Part shown: one piece after another, positions 24,056 to 32,899 of the stretch
Numbering within the stretch: position 1 is the first letter of the stretch
Layout: each line of letters opens with the position of its first letter
DNA from: an uncultured virus (IMG/VR IMGVR_UViG_3300029258_001891)
Lineage: Duplodnaviria; Heunggongvirae; Uroviricota; Caudoviricetes
Virus record (IMG/VR): IMGVR_UViG_3300029258_001891
Direction: 5' to 3' (one strand)
DNA length: 64,000 bases
Translations under genes and position numbers: made by a program
The notes under the pieces: generated by a model
Databases searched by the model: none
Told to the model about the DNA's origin: nothing
Seen by the model: the letters and a program-made list of their open reading frames with translations, nothing else

Positions 24056-26832
24056 ACAGTCTTATGGAACCCATGGCACCGCGTGTCTGCACGCGGGAAA
24101 CCAGTCAACCGACTGTGCCGTTGGATAGTCTTGTTTTGCGTATTCTCCGTCTTGCCGAAATCCTTTCTCAGAAGAGGCACTTCAAGTATCAGAAGGAGTT
24201 CGGCTATCGTTTTGTGGAAGCCGTTCTTCTCCATGACGGCGACATGCTTACCGCGCTTTGGGCTAGGCAGTCCGGCAAGTCTCAGTTGATTGCGGACATT
24301 CTCGCCGCGTGCTGCTTGATTCTTCCGCTTCTTGCGAGAATGAAAATCTTCGAAGACGATTGGCGCTTGAACTGTACCGACGAGCAAGGCAACTATCGCG
24401 GCTACAAGTACGGTGTCGTTGTCGGCATCTACGCGCCGAAACAGGAACAGGCTGACATCGTTTACAGTCGCCTTCGTGACACGCTCGAAACGGACACCAC
24501 GAAGGAAGTAGCCGCCGAATTGAACGTTGCCCTTGACATCGGCAACGCCAACAAGACTCGTCTTTCGAATGGAAGCCGGATTCGTTCTCAGTCGGCTTCG
24601 GAACAGTCACACATCGAAGGCGACACGTACCACATCCTGATTCTTGATGAGGCGCAAGACATCGGGACGCTGAAGGTGAGGAAGTGTTTTGCTGAAGGCA
24701 CGCTTTTCATTACTTCTGGAGGAATCGAAGTTCCTGTGGAAGAAGTTGTCAAAAAGAAACTGCCTGTGTTGACTCCTTCTGGCTTTTTTGAGTCTCGTGA
24801 TATTGAGTACCATGATAATGGTGTGCAACCCGTGTATCGTGTGACATTAGCAGGAGGAAGATACTTAGACGTTACGGCCAATCACCGGCATTTTGTGCGC
24901 AGCAGAACTCGGAGGGTTCCTTTCGAAGCCTTGACTTACGAAATCCAGCCCGGCTGGCAAATGGCTGTTCCTACACGATTGAATAATGCAGCAGGTGTCT
25001 TAGGGAACTTTGATCGAGGATTCTTGCTTGGCTTGCTTCTTGGTGACGGATGTTTCACTGGCGATAAGCCGCAAATAATTGTTGAGCCTTCTGTAAAGAA
25101 ACTACTTGACCGTATATGTCCGCATGAATTCGGCGTGCGTCCTGTAGTCTATAACGAGCAATCTAGTGGAATGCTTGAATGTGGGCTTACTTCGCCTGGA
25201 AACAAGAAAGGCTCTAATAAGTTGACAGAATGGCTGAAAAAAATCGGCGTTTGGGGGGCAAAGCGTGAGAACAAGCGTATACCCAATCTTCCTTGGAGCT
25301 TAGAATTTCTGCGCGGACTTGCTTCCGGGTTGATTATAGCTGACGGCAGTATAGAAAATCCGACTGTGAAACCTGTTGTTTCATTTTCCAACTGTTCAGA
25401 GTATCTTGTAGACGGCCTTCGGAAAACTTTGTTACACTTCGGCATTCAATGTGCTAAGTTCGAAGGTTTCGTGGAAAGCACAGGGAATTTGCCGGGAATA
25501 AAAGAACGTCTAGGCACCTATATGTACCGACTGCATATAAAGTCTGTTGAAGATGTGCGTGAATTTCATAAGCAGTTTAACTTAGGGCCAAAACAAGACG
25601 CTCTTGAAGCGGGTATCCGCACTATTCAAGGAAAAAGAGGGCGGAGTAGAAGTCAGTTTTATCCTGAAGACATACAGTTTGTTAGTGTTAAATCCGTCAG
25701 ACATATCGGAAAGAAACCCACATACTGCGTGACTGTTCCAGATGAACGGCATTTTGTCATTGCTAATGGAATCGTAACAGGTAACAGCCTTCATCCCATG
25801 GTTGCCGCGTACAACGGCGTCATTGTGAAGATCGGAACTTGTTCGACGGAGAAGTCTGATTTCTACACGTCGATCAAGTCCAATCAGCGTTTGTACGCGC
25901 AAGGCGAAGCGAAGAACCACTACCGATACGACTATCTTGTTTGTCAAAAGTACAACTCCATGTATCGGGACTACATCAAGAAAGAAAAAGTTCGCCTTGG
26001 TGAAGACAGCGATGAGTTCCGTCTTAGCTATTGCTGCGAATGGTTGCTTGAGCGTGGACAGTTCATCACGGACAAGCAGCTTATGACGCCCGCAATCGCT
26101 AAGACGCACGGCGGCTATCACGAGATTTGGCACCGATCTTCTCGTGTGACAACTCAGATCGCCGGGATTGACTTCGGAAAAATCCACGATCCAAGTGTGA
26201 TTACCGTAATGGACGTGGATTGGAGAACTCCCGTCGCTGATGAATGGGTTGACACGCCTGAAGGGAGTTTCCATTGGATCGCCTACAACAAGCGTGTCGT
26301 TGCTTGGCACATGCTTCTCGGCGACAACTACGAGCACCAATTCCACGAGATTGTGAACTTCCTCTCCAATTTCAAAGGACTGAGGAAGATCACTCTCGAT
26401 GCAACAGGTGTGGGGGAATGGGGACTTGACAAGTTCACCGTGTACTACAGCGAGTTTGATCGCGGGAAGGGGGCGGATGGAACGCCTGAAATGGGATTTG
26501 TCGAAGTGCAGGGAGTGAAGTTCACCCCGGCTTCGAAGTCGGATGGTTTTAAGATATTGCATTCCGATCTCATGTCGGGTAGACTCTCCTTCCCTGCCGG
26601 AGAGAAGGCGAGAAAGTCAAGACACTTCAGGCGCTTCGTGGGAGAGATGTTGGACTTGAGAAAGTTGTACAAGAACAACTACATGGTGTGCGAGCATCCA
26701 GACGAACCGGGAGCGCATGACGACTACCCTGTTTCTCTCATGCTTGCCGCCTACGGCGCGCAGGAACCGGCAGACACGGGCGAAATCGAAGTTCAACAGA
26801 ACTTCATGGTAGGAGCGGGGGTAATAGCGTAA
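24052..26832 (+). CDS. terL: terminase large subunit (intein-containing)
   Basis: Walker A ARQSGKS, Walker B ILILDEAQD, nuclease AGIDFGK...HDDYP; lies upstream of the portal. Confidence 0.92.
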   Translation: MNSLMEPMAPRVCTRETSQPTVPLDSLVLRILRLAEILSQKRHFKYQKEFGYRFVEAVLLHDGDMLTALWARQSGKSQLIADILAACCLILPLLARMKIFEDDWRLNCTDEQGNYRGYKYGVVVGIYAPKQEQADIVYSRLRDTLETDTTKEVAAELNVALDIGNANKTRLSNGSRIRSQSASEQSHIEGDTYHILILDEAQDIGTLKVRKCFAEGTLFITSGGIEVPVEEVVKKKLPVLTPSGFFESRDIEYHDNGVQPVYRVTLAGGRYLDVTANHRHFVRSRTRRVPFEALTYEIQPGWQMAVPTRLNNAAGVLGNFDRGFLLGLLLGDGCFTGDKPQIIVEPSVKKLLDRICPHEFGVRPVVYNEQSSGMLECGLTSPGNKKGSNKLTEWLKKIGVWGAKRENKRIPNLPWSLEFLRGLASGLIIADGSIENPTVKPVVSFSNCSEYLVDGLRKTLLHFGIQCAKFEGFVESTGNLPGIKERLGTYMYRLHIKSVEDVREFHKQFNLGPKQDALEAGIRTIQGKRGRSRSQFYPEDIQFVSVKSVRHIGKKPTYCVTVPDERHFVIANGIVTGNSLHPMVAAYNGVIVKIGTCSTEKSDFYTSIKSNQRLYAQGEAKNHYRYDYLVCQKYNSMYRDYIKKEKVRLGEDSDEFRLSYCCEWLLERGQFITDKQLMTPAIAKTHGGYHEIWHRSSRVTTQIAGIDFGKIHDPSVITVMDVDWRTPVADEWVDTPEGSFHWIAYNKRVVAWHMLLGDNYEHQFHEIVNFLSNFKGLRKITLDATGVGEWGLDKFTVYYSEFDRGKGADGTPEMGFVEVQGVKFTPASKSDGFKILHSDLMSGRLSFPAGEKARKSRHFRRFVGEMLDLRKLYKNNYMVCEHPDEPGAHDDYPVSLMLAAYGAQEPADTGEIEVQQNFMVGAGVIA
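24685..25785 (+). mobile_element. intein with LAGLIDADG homing endonuclease (367 aa)
   Basis: N-terminal CFAEGT, block B VTANHRH, LLGLLLGDG and ASGLIIADG, C-terminal FVIANGIVTGN followed by +1 Ser. Confidence 0.9.
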
Positions 26833-27038
26833 TGGCACAGCGTGGCGGACGTGGACAGAAAAAGAAGCTGCCCAAGTTGGGAACCGGGAAACGTTTTCAA
26901 CGGCTTCAACGATCCTTGGGAAGACAGGAAGACGGGATTGAAGACCCAAAGGCTTTGGCCGCTGTCATAGGCCGGAAAAAGTTCGGCGCAAAGAAGATGG
27001 CCAAGATGGCTGCCGCTGGACGCAAGAGGGCTAAGTAG
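26832..27038 (+). CDS. small basic phage protein
   Basis: LGTGKRFQRL...DPKALAAVIGRKKFG...AAAGRK; TAATG coupling. Confidence 0.75.
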   Translation: MAQRGGRGQKKKLPKLGTGKRFQRLQRSLGRQEDGIEDPKALAAVIGRKKFGAKKMAKMAAAGRKRAK

Positions 27039-27061
27039 TGTACCGAATTTTCGGCACACTA
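27036..27061. promoter_or_regulatory. putative operator, copy 2
   Basis: TAGTGTACCGA-ATTT-TCGGCACACTA directly upstream of the portal gene. Confidence 0.6.
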
Positions 27062-27079
27062 ATAGAGTGAGGTTAGACC

Positions 27080-28711
27080 ATGAGCAAAGTGCTTGGCTTC
27101 TTGAGAAAGACTTTCACGGGACGTACCGATACGTATCTCGATTCTGCTTTGTCGGGGAACGATGTCTTGGACGTTACCGGAACTTTCTTTGAAGATCACT
27201 CCCGAGACTACACGCATACACGCCTTGCTCGCTACAAGCGCAACTGGCGCTTTTATCGCGGAGAACACTTCGAAGTTCGAACCATTGACGGGCAAAGAAA
27301 ACTCGCCATCAACTACTGTCGTCCCATTATAAACAAGTCCGTCGATTGGCTCTTTGGCTCCGGGTTTAAGATCACTACACCACCGGGGAACGAAAACATT
27401 GTTCCGCTTCTCGATATGGTGTGGAGAGCCAACGATAGAGACAAGATGCTTTGGGAACACGGACAGATGGGCGCTGTGACAGGCGATGCTTTTCTTTACA
27501 TCACCGTCGAAGATCGTGGTGTGGACGGAAAGCCTCTCCCTCTCGATCAGCAAAAGATCGTCATTCGCAATATAAACAGTTCTTATGTCCACCCCATCTA
27601 CGACGAAAGCGACGAACGGGAGATGTATGCCGTTCTCATCCAGTTCCCGACTGTGTTCAACTCTTCGGACAGACCTTTGCGGGCCATGACATTGAGAAGC
27701 GGACGCCCGCTTGGATTGTACTCCATCATCATCACCCGGAGAGAAGTCGTTGAGTATTGGAACCGGGACGAGATTCCGGGTTCCAGAAGGAAGAACTTCC
27801 TTGGCCGGATTCCTGTCGTCCATACGAGGAACATCCCTATCGCAAGTTCGTTCTTTGGTGAGTCCGACATTGACGACATCATTCCTTTGAATGAGCACAT
27901 CAATGAAGCGGCTAACGACATCGATTCGATCATCAAGTATCATTCCGCTCCGACAACCCTCATCTTCGGAGCGAGAGCGCAGCAACTTGAGAAGTCGCCG
28001 AATCAGGTATGGTCCGGCCTTCCTGAAAAGGCGAGAGTGGAGAACTTGGGACTGGAAGGGGAACTTGAAGCGGCAGTGAATCACTTGAAGTTCCTGAAGC
28101 TGTCCTTGCATGAAATCTCCAATACGCCCGAGAACTCCTTGGGATCGATCCAAGAAATCAGCAACACATCTGCCGCCGCGTTGGAAGTGACCTATCTTCC
28201 TTTGATCGAAAAGACTCGAAGGAAGTACACGACATACGGCAGTTCCATCGTCCAGGCGAACGAGATCGTTCTTCAGATTTTGGATCAACGCTTCGGCGTC
28301 AAGATCGGAGAACAAATCCAGGACAAGACGAGGATGTACGAAACGGGAATTGAGTTCAACTCCCCGTTGCCGCGAGATGAAAAACTCGTGGTGGACATGC
28401 TTGTCGCCAAGATGGAGCAAGGATTGGAGTCCAGAGCGGGAGCACTGAGAACTCTCGGTGTCAAGGACGTGAAGAGGAGGATGCTGGAAATCCTCGCAGA
28501 TCAAAGACAGACGTTGGCCGAAGACGTTGAACGCGCTGTGGCGGCTCTCGGCGAGCGTCCCGTGAATCTGAACGTGTACGCGCTCGGCTCATACGGATTG
28601 AACCTGCCTGAACTGGAAGCCTCTTTCCAGGCGCAGGATACAGCCTATGACGAGCTACTGTCCGAAATGGAGAAGACGGAAGAGGGTGTAGGCGGGGGAG
28701 AAAGTCCTTGA
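27080..28711 (+). CDS. portal protein (SPP1 gp6-like)
   Basis: RLARYKRNWRFYRGEH, NYCRPIINKSVDWLFG, GAVTGDAF, LGRIPVVH, GESDIDDIIPLN, SNTSAAAL. Confidence 0.9.
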   Translation: MSKVLGFLRKTFTGRTDTYLDSALSGNDVLDVTGTFFEDHSRDYTHTRLARYKRNWRFYRGEHFEVRTIDGQRKLAINYCRPIINKSVDWLFGSGFKITTPPGNENIVPLLDMVWRANDRDKMLWEHGQMGAVTGDAFLYITVEDRGVDGKPLPLDQQKIVIRNINSSYVHPIYDESDEREMYAVLIQFPTVFNSSDRPLRAMTLRSGRPLGLYSIIITRREVVEYWNRDEIPGSRRKNFLGRIPVVHTRNIPIASSFFGESDIDDIIPLNEHINEAANDIDSIIKYHSAPTTLIFGARAQQLEKSPNQVWSGLPEKARVENLGLEGELEAAVNHLKFLKLSLHEISNTPENSLGSIQEISNTSAAALEVTYLPLIEKTRRKYTTYGSSIVQANEIVLQILDQRFGVKIGEQIQDKTRMYETGIEFNSPLPRDEKLVVDMLVAKMEQGLESRAGALRTLGVKDVKRRMLEILADQRQTLAEDVERAVAALGERPVNLNVYALGSYGLNLPELEASFQAQDTAYDELLSEMEKTEEGVGGGESP

Positions 28712-28745
28712 CATTTTCGGGGATAACCGAATAATCGGTACACTA
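28708..28745 (+). promoter_or_regulatory. promoter overlapped by operator copy 3
   Basis: TTGACA 28708-28713 with AATAAT -10; reverse TAGTGTACCGA-N4-TCGG at 28723-28745. Confidence 0.6.
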
Positions 28746-28838
28746 CCGTAAGGGCACTGACCGTGGGCGTAGGGACGACTGGGAAGCACGGCGCATCGTG
28801 AAGTTTCGTGTAGACTTGTTTCGGGAAGGAGAAAGATC

Positions 28839-29054
28839 ATGGCTCGTTTCACTCACGGTCTGAGCGATGACTACCTTGGTGGCAGCGATCAGTCCGTAAT
28901 GGAAGGGGCGTTCCGTGCCGGAATGCTCCAGCAACAGGGCACGCAGCAAGGCTCGAAGATGGACGGCGAGCGCGTGACCCGGATGCAAGGCGCTGGACTG
29001 TCTCAGCCTGTCGGCAGGGGCACCACCGTTCGTTCAAAGCCCGCTGGCAGGTAG
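28839..29054 (+). CDS. small Gly/Gln-rich protein
   Basis: SD AAGGAG; 71 aa. Confidence 0.65.
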   Translation: MARFTHGLSDDYLGGSDQSVMEGAFRAGMLQQQGTQQGSKMDGERVTRMQGAGLSQPVGRGTTVRSKPAGR

Positions 29055-29110
29055 TACGTGGATCATGTGGAGTTGCCGACTACTGACTAAGAACAAGAAG
29101 GAGACGAGAG

Positions 29111-30130
29111 ATGGAAACGACTAGTGGAATCCCCGCGTCAAAAGCGACGGCTGCGCTTCAAGCCGCCGAAGAGAAGAAGCGTCTTGGGGCAGAGGGGAAT
29201 CAAGCGGCAACGCCTGCTGTTGTCGAGAAGGTTACTCCGACTCCCGAAGCCCGTTGTCCGTCTTGTGGATGGGATGGGCAAACGAAGACGGAGTATCCAG
29301 CCGACGTGAAAGCTGAACTCGAAAAAGTTCGGCAGCAAGAGAAGCAAAAGTTGTACGACAAACTTTCCAAACTCGAACATTACGAGTCGGAGAACGGAAC
29401 TCTCAAGCAGAACGTTACGCTGTTGACCGATCAGAACGCTGAACTTCAAAGTGCTGTTGACACGCTGAAGGCGAAAGTCGAAAAGGCTTCTTCAAAAGCA
29501 AAGAAAGAAGATAATCCTGGGTTTGATGTCCAAGCGTTGATCGAGGACACAGCCGCCCAAGCCACTGCCGCAATGAAGAAGCAGTTCGATGAAGAGCGTG
29601 CACAGTACACTACCGAGATCAGGGAACTCACTTCTCGCGTCTCGGCCCTGCAAGGCGACAGCTTAGCTGCTTTCCGTCAAAGACTCATCGATGAAGCGGG
29701 TGGGAAGATTGTTGCTGAACTCGTGAAAGGCTCGACGGAAGAAGAACTTCGCGCGAGTGCTCTTGAGGCAAAGGCTGTCTATGCTCGATATTTCCCTGCC
29801 GGAGCAATTTCGAGCGCAGAACCGGCGGCGAATGCTTCATCGTCTGAATCCGCACAGACGCCACAGGGGACCACCCCTACTGCCACCATGCCACAAACGC
29901 ACAGCGTCCCCGCTGCAAATGGGGTGCAACCGGCGGCTCCTACGCCGTTGTCTGCTCCCCGTCCGGCAACTTCGGGCGTCGAAGGCATCCCGGCGCAAAC
30001 CGAAGAAGAAAAACTTCACCAGGATGTGAGAAACATGTCCCCTGAAGATTACGCGGCTAATCGTAAGAAGATTTTGAGCAGAGTGCGGCAGATTTATCCG
30101 CGCAATCCAAATCCTCTTACAAGCCGATAG
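29111..30130 (+). CDS. capsid scaffolding protein
   Basis: Coiled coil EKVRQQEKQKLY, Pro/Ala linker, C-terminal NMSPEDYAANRKKIL; directly before the MCP. Confidence 0.85.
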   Translation: METTSGIPASKATAALQAAEEKKRLGAEGNQAATPAVVEKVTPTPEARCPSCGWDGQTKTEYPADVKAELEKVRQQEKQKLYDKLSKLEHYESENGTLKQNVTLLTDQNAELQSAVDTLKAKVEKASSKAKKEDNPGFDVQALIEDTAAQATAAMKKQFDEERAQYTTEIRELTSRVSALQGDSLAAFRQRLIDEAGGKIVAELVKGSTEEELRASALEAKAVYARYFPAGAISSAEPAANASSSESAQTPQGTTPTATMPQTHSVPAANGVQPAAPTPLSAPRPATSGVEGIPAQTEEEKLHQDVRNMSPEDYAANRKKILSRVRQIYPRNPNPLTSR

Positions 30131-30166
30131 TCTTTGAGGGACTAGACTGTTTGGAGAAAGAGAACA

Positions 30167-31129
30167 ATGGCCATTGCAACCGCAATCGCGTCTGGTGGCG
30201 GCGCTACTCCTCTTCCTGAAGCGATCCTGGAAGTGTACTCGCAGGAAATCATCTTCCAGGCGCAACCCTTGCTGCGCTTTGAACAGGTGGCGAGTGTGAA
30301 GGAAGAGTTGAACGTCCTTCCGGGCCTGACGATCAAGTTCCTAAAGTATTCTTCCCTCACCGGCTCGAATGTTCTCACCGAGAACGTTGACATCGTGCCG
30401 GATGCCCTGGCCGCTTCGCAGATTAGCATCGCTGTTGGCGAGCGAGGCAAAGCCATTGGGGTGAGCGAACTGTTGCTTCGCTCGTCTTTCGATGACATCT
30501 TGGCGAGTTCCGCGCAACTGCTCGGAATGCACTTCGCCAAGACGCGGGACGCGGAAATCCGCGATACGCTGTACACCGTTCCTGGCGCGCTGTACGCGCG
30601 AGGCAGAAGCGGACGTGCCGCTATCACGAGTTCCGACACTTTCGACGTGGACTTGATTCGTGATGCTGTTTCCACCCTGGCAACCAACAAGGCTCCCAAG
30701 TTCAACGGGGATGCCTACATTTGTTTCATCCATCCTCATCAGGCGAAGTTCCTTCGTCGGGATCAGGCGTGGGTGAATGCCGCGAACTACGGCGCTCCCG
30801 ATCAGATTTTCCTTGGGGAGATCGGGCGCATCGAAGACGTTCGTTTCATCGAGACGACTCAGGTTCGGAAGATTCTGAGCACCGATGGATCGATCTACAC
30901 CGACAACGAGGATACCGGCGTGGACGCTGGCGTGTTCAGCACGAACGCCGATGTTTACTCGGCCCTCATCGTCGGGGATCACGTGATTGGCCTTGCCATT
31001 TCCCTGGAAGCGGAAATGCGGGACGATGGCGTGAAGGACCATGGGCGGAAGCACTCCATTGCCTACTACGGCATTTGGGGTACTGGCTTGGTCGAAAGTG
31101 CGCATGGTCTGGTGTTGGAGTCTGCGTGA
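30167..31129 (+). CDS. major capsid protein (N4 gp56-like)
   Basis: VYSQEIIFQAQPLLRFEQ, PGLTIKF, YICFIHPHQ, GEIGRIEDVRFIETT, YYGIWG. Confidence 0.92.
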   Translation: MAIATAIASGGGATPLPEAILEVYSQEIIFQAQPLLRFEQVASVKEELNVLPGLTIKFLKYSSLTGSNVLTENVDIVPDALAASQISIAVGERGKAIGVSELLLRSSFDDILASSAQLLGMHFAKTRDAEIRDTLYTVPGALYARGRSGRAAITSSDTFDVDLIRDAVSTLATNKAPKFNGDAYICFIHPHQAKFLRRDQAWVNAANYGAPDQIFLGEIGRIEDVRFIETTQVRKILSTDGSIYTDNEDTGVDAGVFSTNADVYSALIVGDHVIGLAISLEAEMRDDGVKDHGRKHSIAYYGIWGTGLVESAHGLVLESA

Positions 31130-31133
31130 GTGA

Positions 31134-31303
31134 GCAAGGCAACCGTGCAGGGAGGTTACATCATGCCGTGGTGGCACAAAGGACTGCACTCCATGTCCAC
31201 CACGGGGAACTTTCCTCAGACCCCTGGCCGGTACGTGCATGATGGCGTGGAGGGGGCGGGCATGACCCGCTTAGACCAAATGGTCCCCGGAATCCGGCCT
31301 TGC
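31134..31303 (+). ncRNA. putative structured RNA with kissing-loop pseudoknot
   Basis: Closing stem GCAAGGC/GCCTTGC; CATCATGC/GCATGATG; CGTGGTGG/CCACCACG; complementary loops GTGCAG and CTGCAC; further hairpins. Confidence 0.6.
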
Positions 31304-31320
31304 CTTGTTTTGTGGAGCGC

Positions 31321-31386
31321 AGTACATAGGGGGATAGGGGCAACGGTGGCGAGTGTTTCAAAGCCGTTCCTATCCTCCTTTGTGCT
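31321..31386 (+). other. long RNA hairpin just upstream of the next RBS
   Basis: AGTACATAGGGGGATAGG pairs with CCTATCCTCCTTTGTGCT (G-U pairs, one mismatch). Confidence 0.6.
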
Positions 31387-31401
31387 AAAAGGAGAAATCG
31401 G

Positions 31402-32217
31402 ATGAGCCGACAAATCAACGATGCCGATCCAAATGTCTTCGGAGACGGGTATAAACCTCAACGTGAATCGCCGCCTGTTGAAGTCATTGGCGGCGTTCTT
31501 GACGAAGCGGACCTTGGTGGTGTCACAAAGCACAGTGGCGCGACCAATCACGATGCCGGGGCGGGCACTTACGACATGAGTGTGACTGCCGACCAACTTC
31601 TCAACACGTACTTCAGCGAAGACAACGGGGCTTCGTACAAGAAAGTCTCCATCGATGGTCTTGTGGGCGCTACGCCTGCCGCGACCACGGCGGCTGAACT
31701 TGCCGCGCTTCTTGCCGCGAATGCCGTCTTCGACAAGTACATCGCCGCGTCAGACAACGGTGGAACGCTTCGGCTGAACGCGCGAATGCCTTCCAGTCGT
31801 TTCAAGATGTATTTCACTGGCGCTGCTGCCGCGAAGTTGGCTGGTGTTTTCACTACTGCCGTTGCTCCGGGAAGTGCTGTTGGTGGTGCGGATCAAGCGG
31901 GCGGGGCTTTTGAGTTCACCGTGCAGGATCAGGAAGGAAATGTTCTTTCCAACAAGAAAGTGTTCCTGTCCGCGTTGGATGCTTCTGGAGTTGTCATCGC
32001 TACCACGGCTCTTGGCCTTATGTCTCTTGGTCAACTTCTTGACACGGAGGCAGGTGGAAACGATGGTGTGGAGATGTTGAGTGACGCTGACGGGAAAGTG
32101 AGCGGCTACGTCGCCGACACGGCGGCGGAAGATGTCTACGTGACTGCTCGTGTTGGAAGCAATACCGCTGCGTTGGCGGTTCTTTCGCAAGGGCAGAAGA
32201 AAGTCACCTTCGTCTAG
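31402..32217 (+). CDS. putative head decoration/minor capsid protein
   Basis: Ala/Gly/Thr-rich, Ig-like C-terminus; follows the MCP; SD AAGGAG. Confidence 0.7.
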   Translation: MSRQINDADPNVFGDGYKPQRESPPVEVIGGVLDEADLGGVTKHSGATNHDAGAGTYDMSVTADQLLNTYFSEDNGASYKKVSIDGLVGATPAATTAAELAALLAANAVFDKYIAASDNGGTLRLNARMPSSRFKMYFTGAAAAKLAGVFTTAVAPGSAVGGADQAGGAFEFTVQDQEGNVLSNKKVFLSALDASGVVIATTALGLMSLGQLLDTEAGGNDGVEMLSDADGKVSGYVADTAAEDVYVTARVGSNTAALAVLSQGQKKVTFV

Positions 32218-32303
32218 GGAGACGAGGATGTGAGTAGAGAGAATGACACGTGGACTCTCTCGAAACAACCGTGTCGATTTTTCACTAACAAAGGAGAAAG
32301 ACC

Positions 32304-32888
32304 ATGGCGAAGGACAACAAAACTCCCCCGAAGAATGCGGGCACGAACGAAGCACCGAAGGACGAAGGAAAAGGCGATGTGGGCACGGCTACTGCCACGT
32401 CCCCGTCTGCTTCTCCAACAGCGGAAACAATCGTACCACAAAGTTCCGCTGCCGTGAACAACCCGGCGAAAGTTGCTGAGATGAATCAGCCGCGATCAAC
32501 AAGGCCAGGAAAGTTTCTGCACGAGTTTGAGTTTGTGGATGAAGCTGCTTTGCGAGAAGATGGCTCGGAAGTTCTTTCCGCTGGCGGTCTTCGCTCGCAG
32601 AACACGATGGAAAAAGTTCGTCAGCGAAAAGCTCTTCAAGCGAAGATCGACAACGCGGCGAAAAGGTTCATGCAGACATATCAACCCACGGATGCGAATC
32701 CGACTTTGGCGCGCAGTACGGAACTCGTCACGATTCGCGCCATGAAGTCGCACCATCCCGCACCGACGATAGGCACGTTTAGTTTTCAGGACGTGTACAA
32801 CAGCTTTCTCGACGGGATGAAATACGTTTGCCCCCGTTTCGTGGCAGACGCGCTTGAAGAGGGAGACAACGCCATCACGCTTGAGTAA
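32304..32888 (+). CDS. head-associated hypothetical protein
   Basis: Disordered N-terminus; C-terminal FLDGMKYVCPRFVADALEE. Confidence 0.7.
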   Translation: MAKDNKTPPKNAGTNEAPKDEGKGDVGTATATSPSASPTAETIVPQSSAAVNNPAKVAEMNQPRSTRPGKFLHEFEFVDEAALREDGSEVLSAGGLRSQNTMEKVRQRKALQAKIDNAAKRFMQTYQPTDANPTLARSTELVTIRAMKSHHPAPTIGTFSFQDVYNSFLDGMKYVCPRFVADALEEGDNAITLE

Positions 32889-32899
32889 GGGGAATTACG

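Noticed and set aside
27059..28504. 481-aa minus-strand ORF (similarly 41479-42798, 36202-37365, 45657-46706, 25582-26562)
   Set aside because: Antisense to well-supported structural genes and without recognisable motifs.
28746..28835. Possible riboswitch in the leader of the scaffold/capsid operon
   Set aside because: Only short stems (CCGTG/CACGG, CC-GTAA-GG) and no recognisable aptamer consensus.
31134..31303. Assignment of the structured RNA to twister-sister, hammerhead, raiA or a cobalamin riboswitch
   Set aside because: Only short coincidental words match (GCAAGGC, CCGTGCA, GGGAA); the cores and topology do not fit as far as I can judge.
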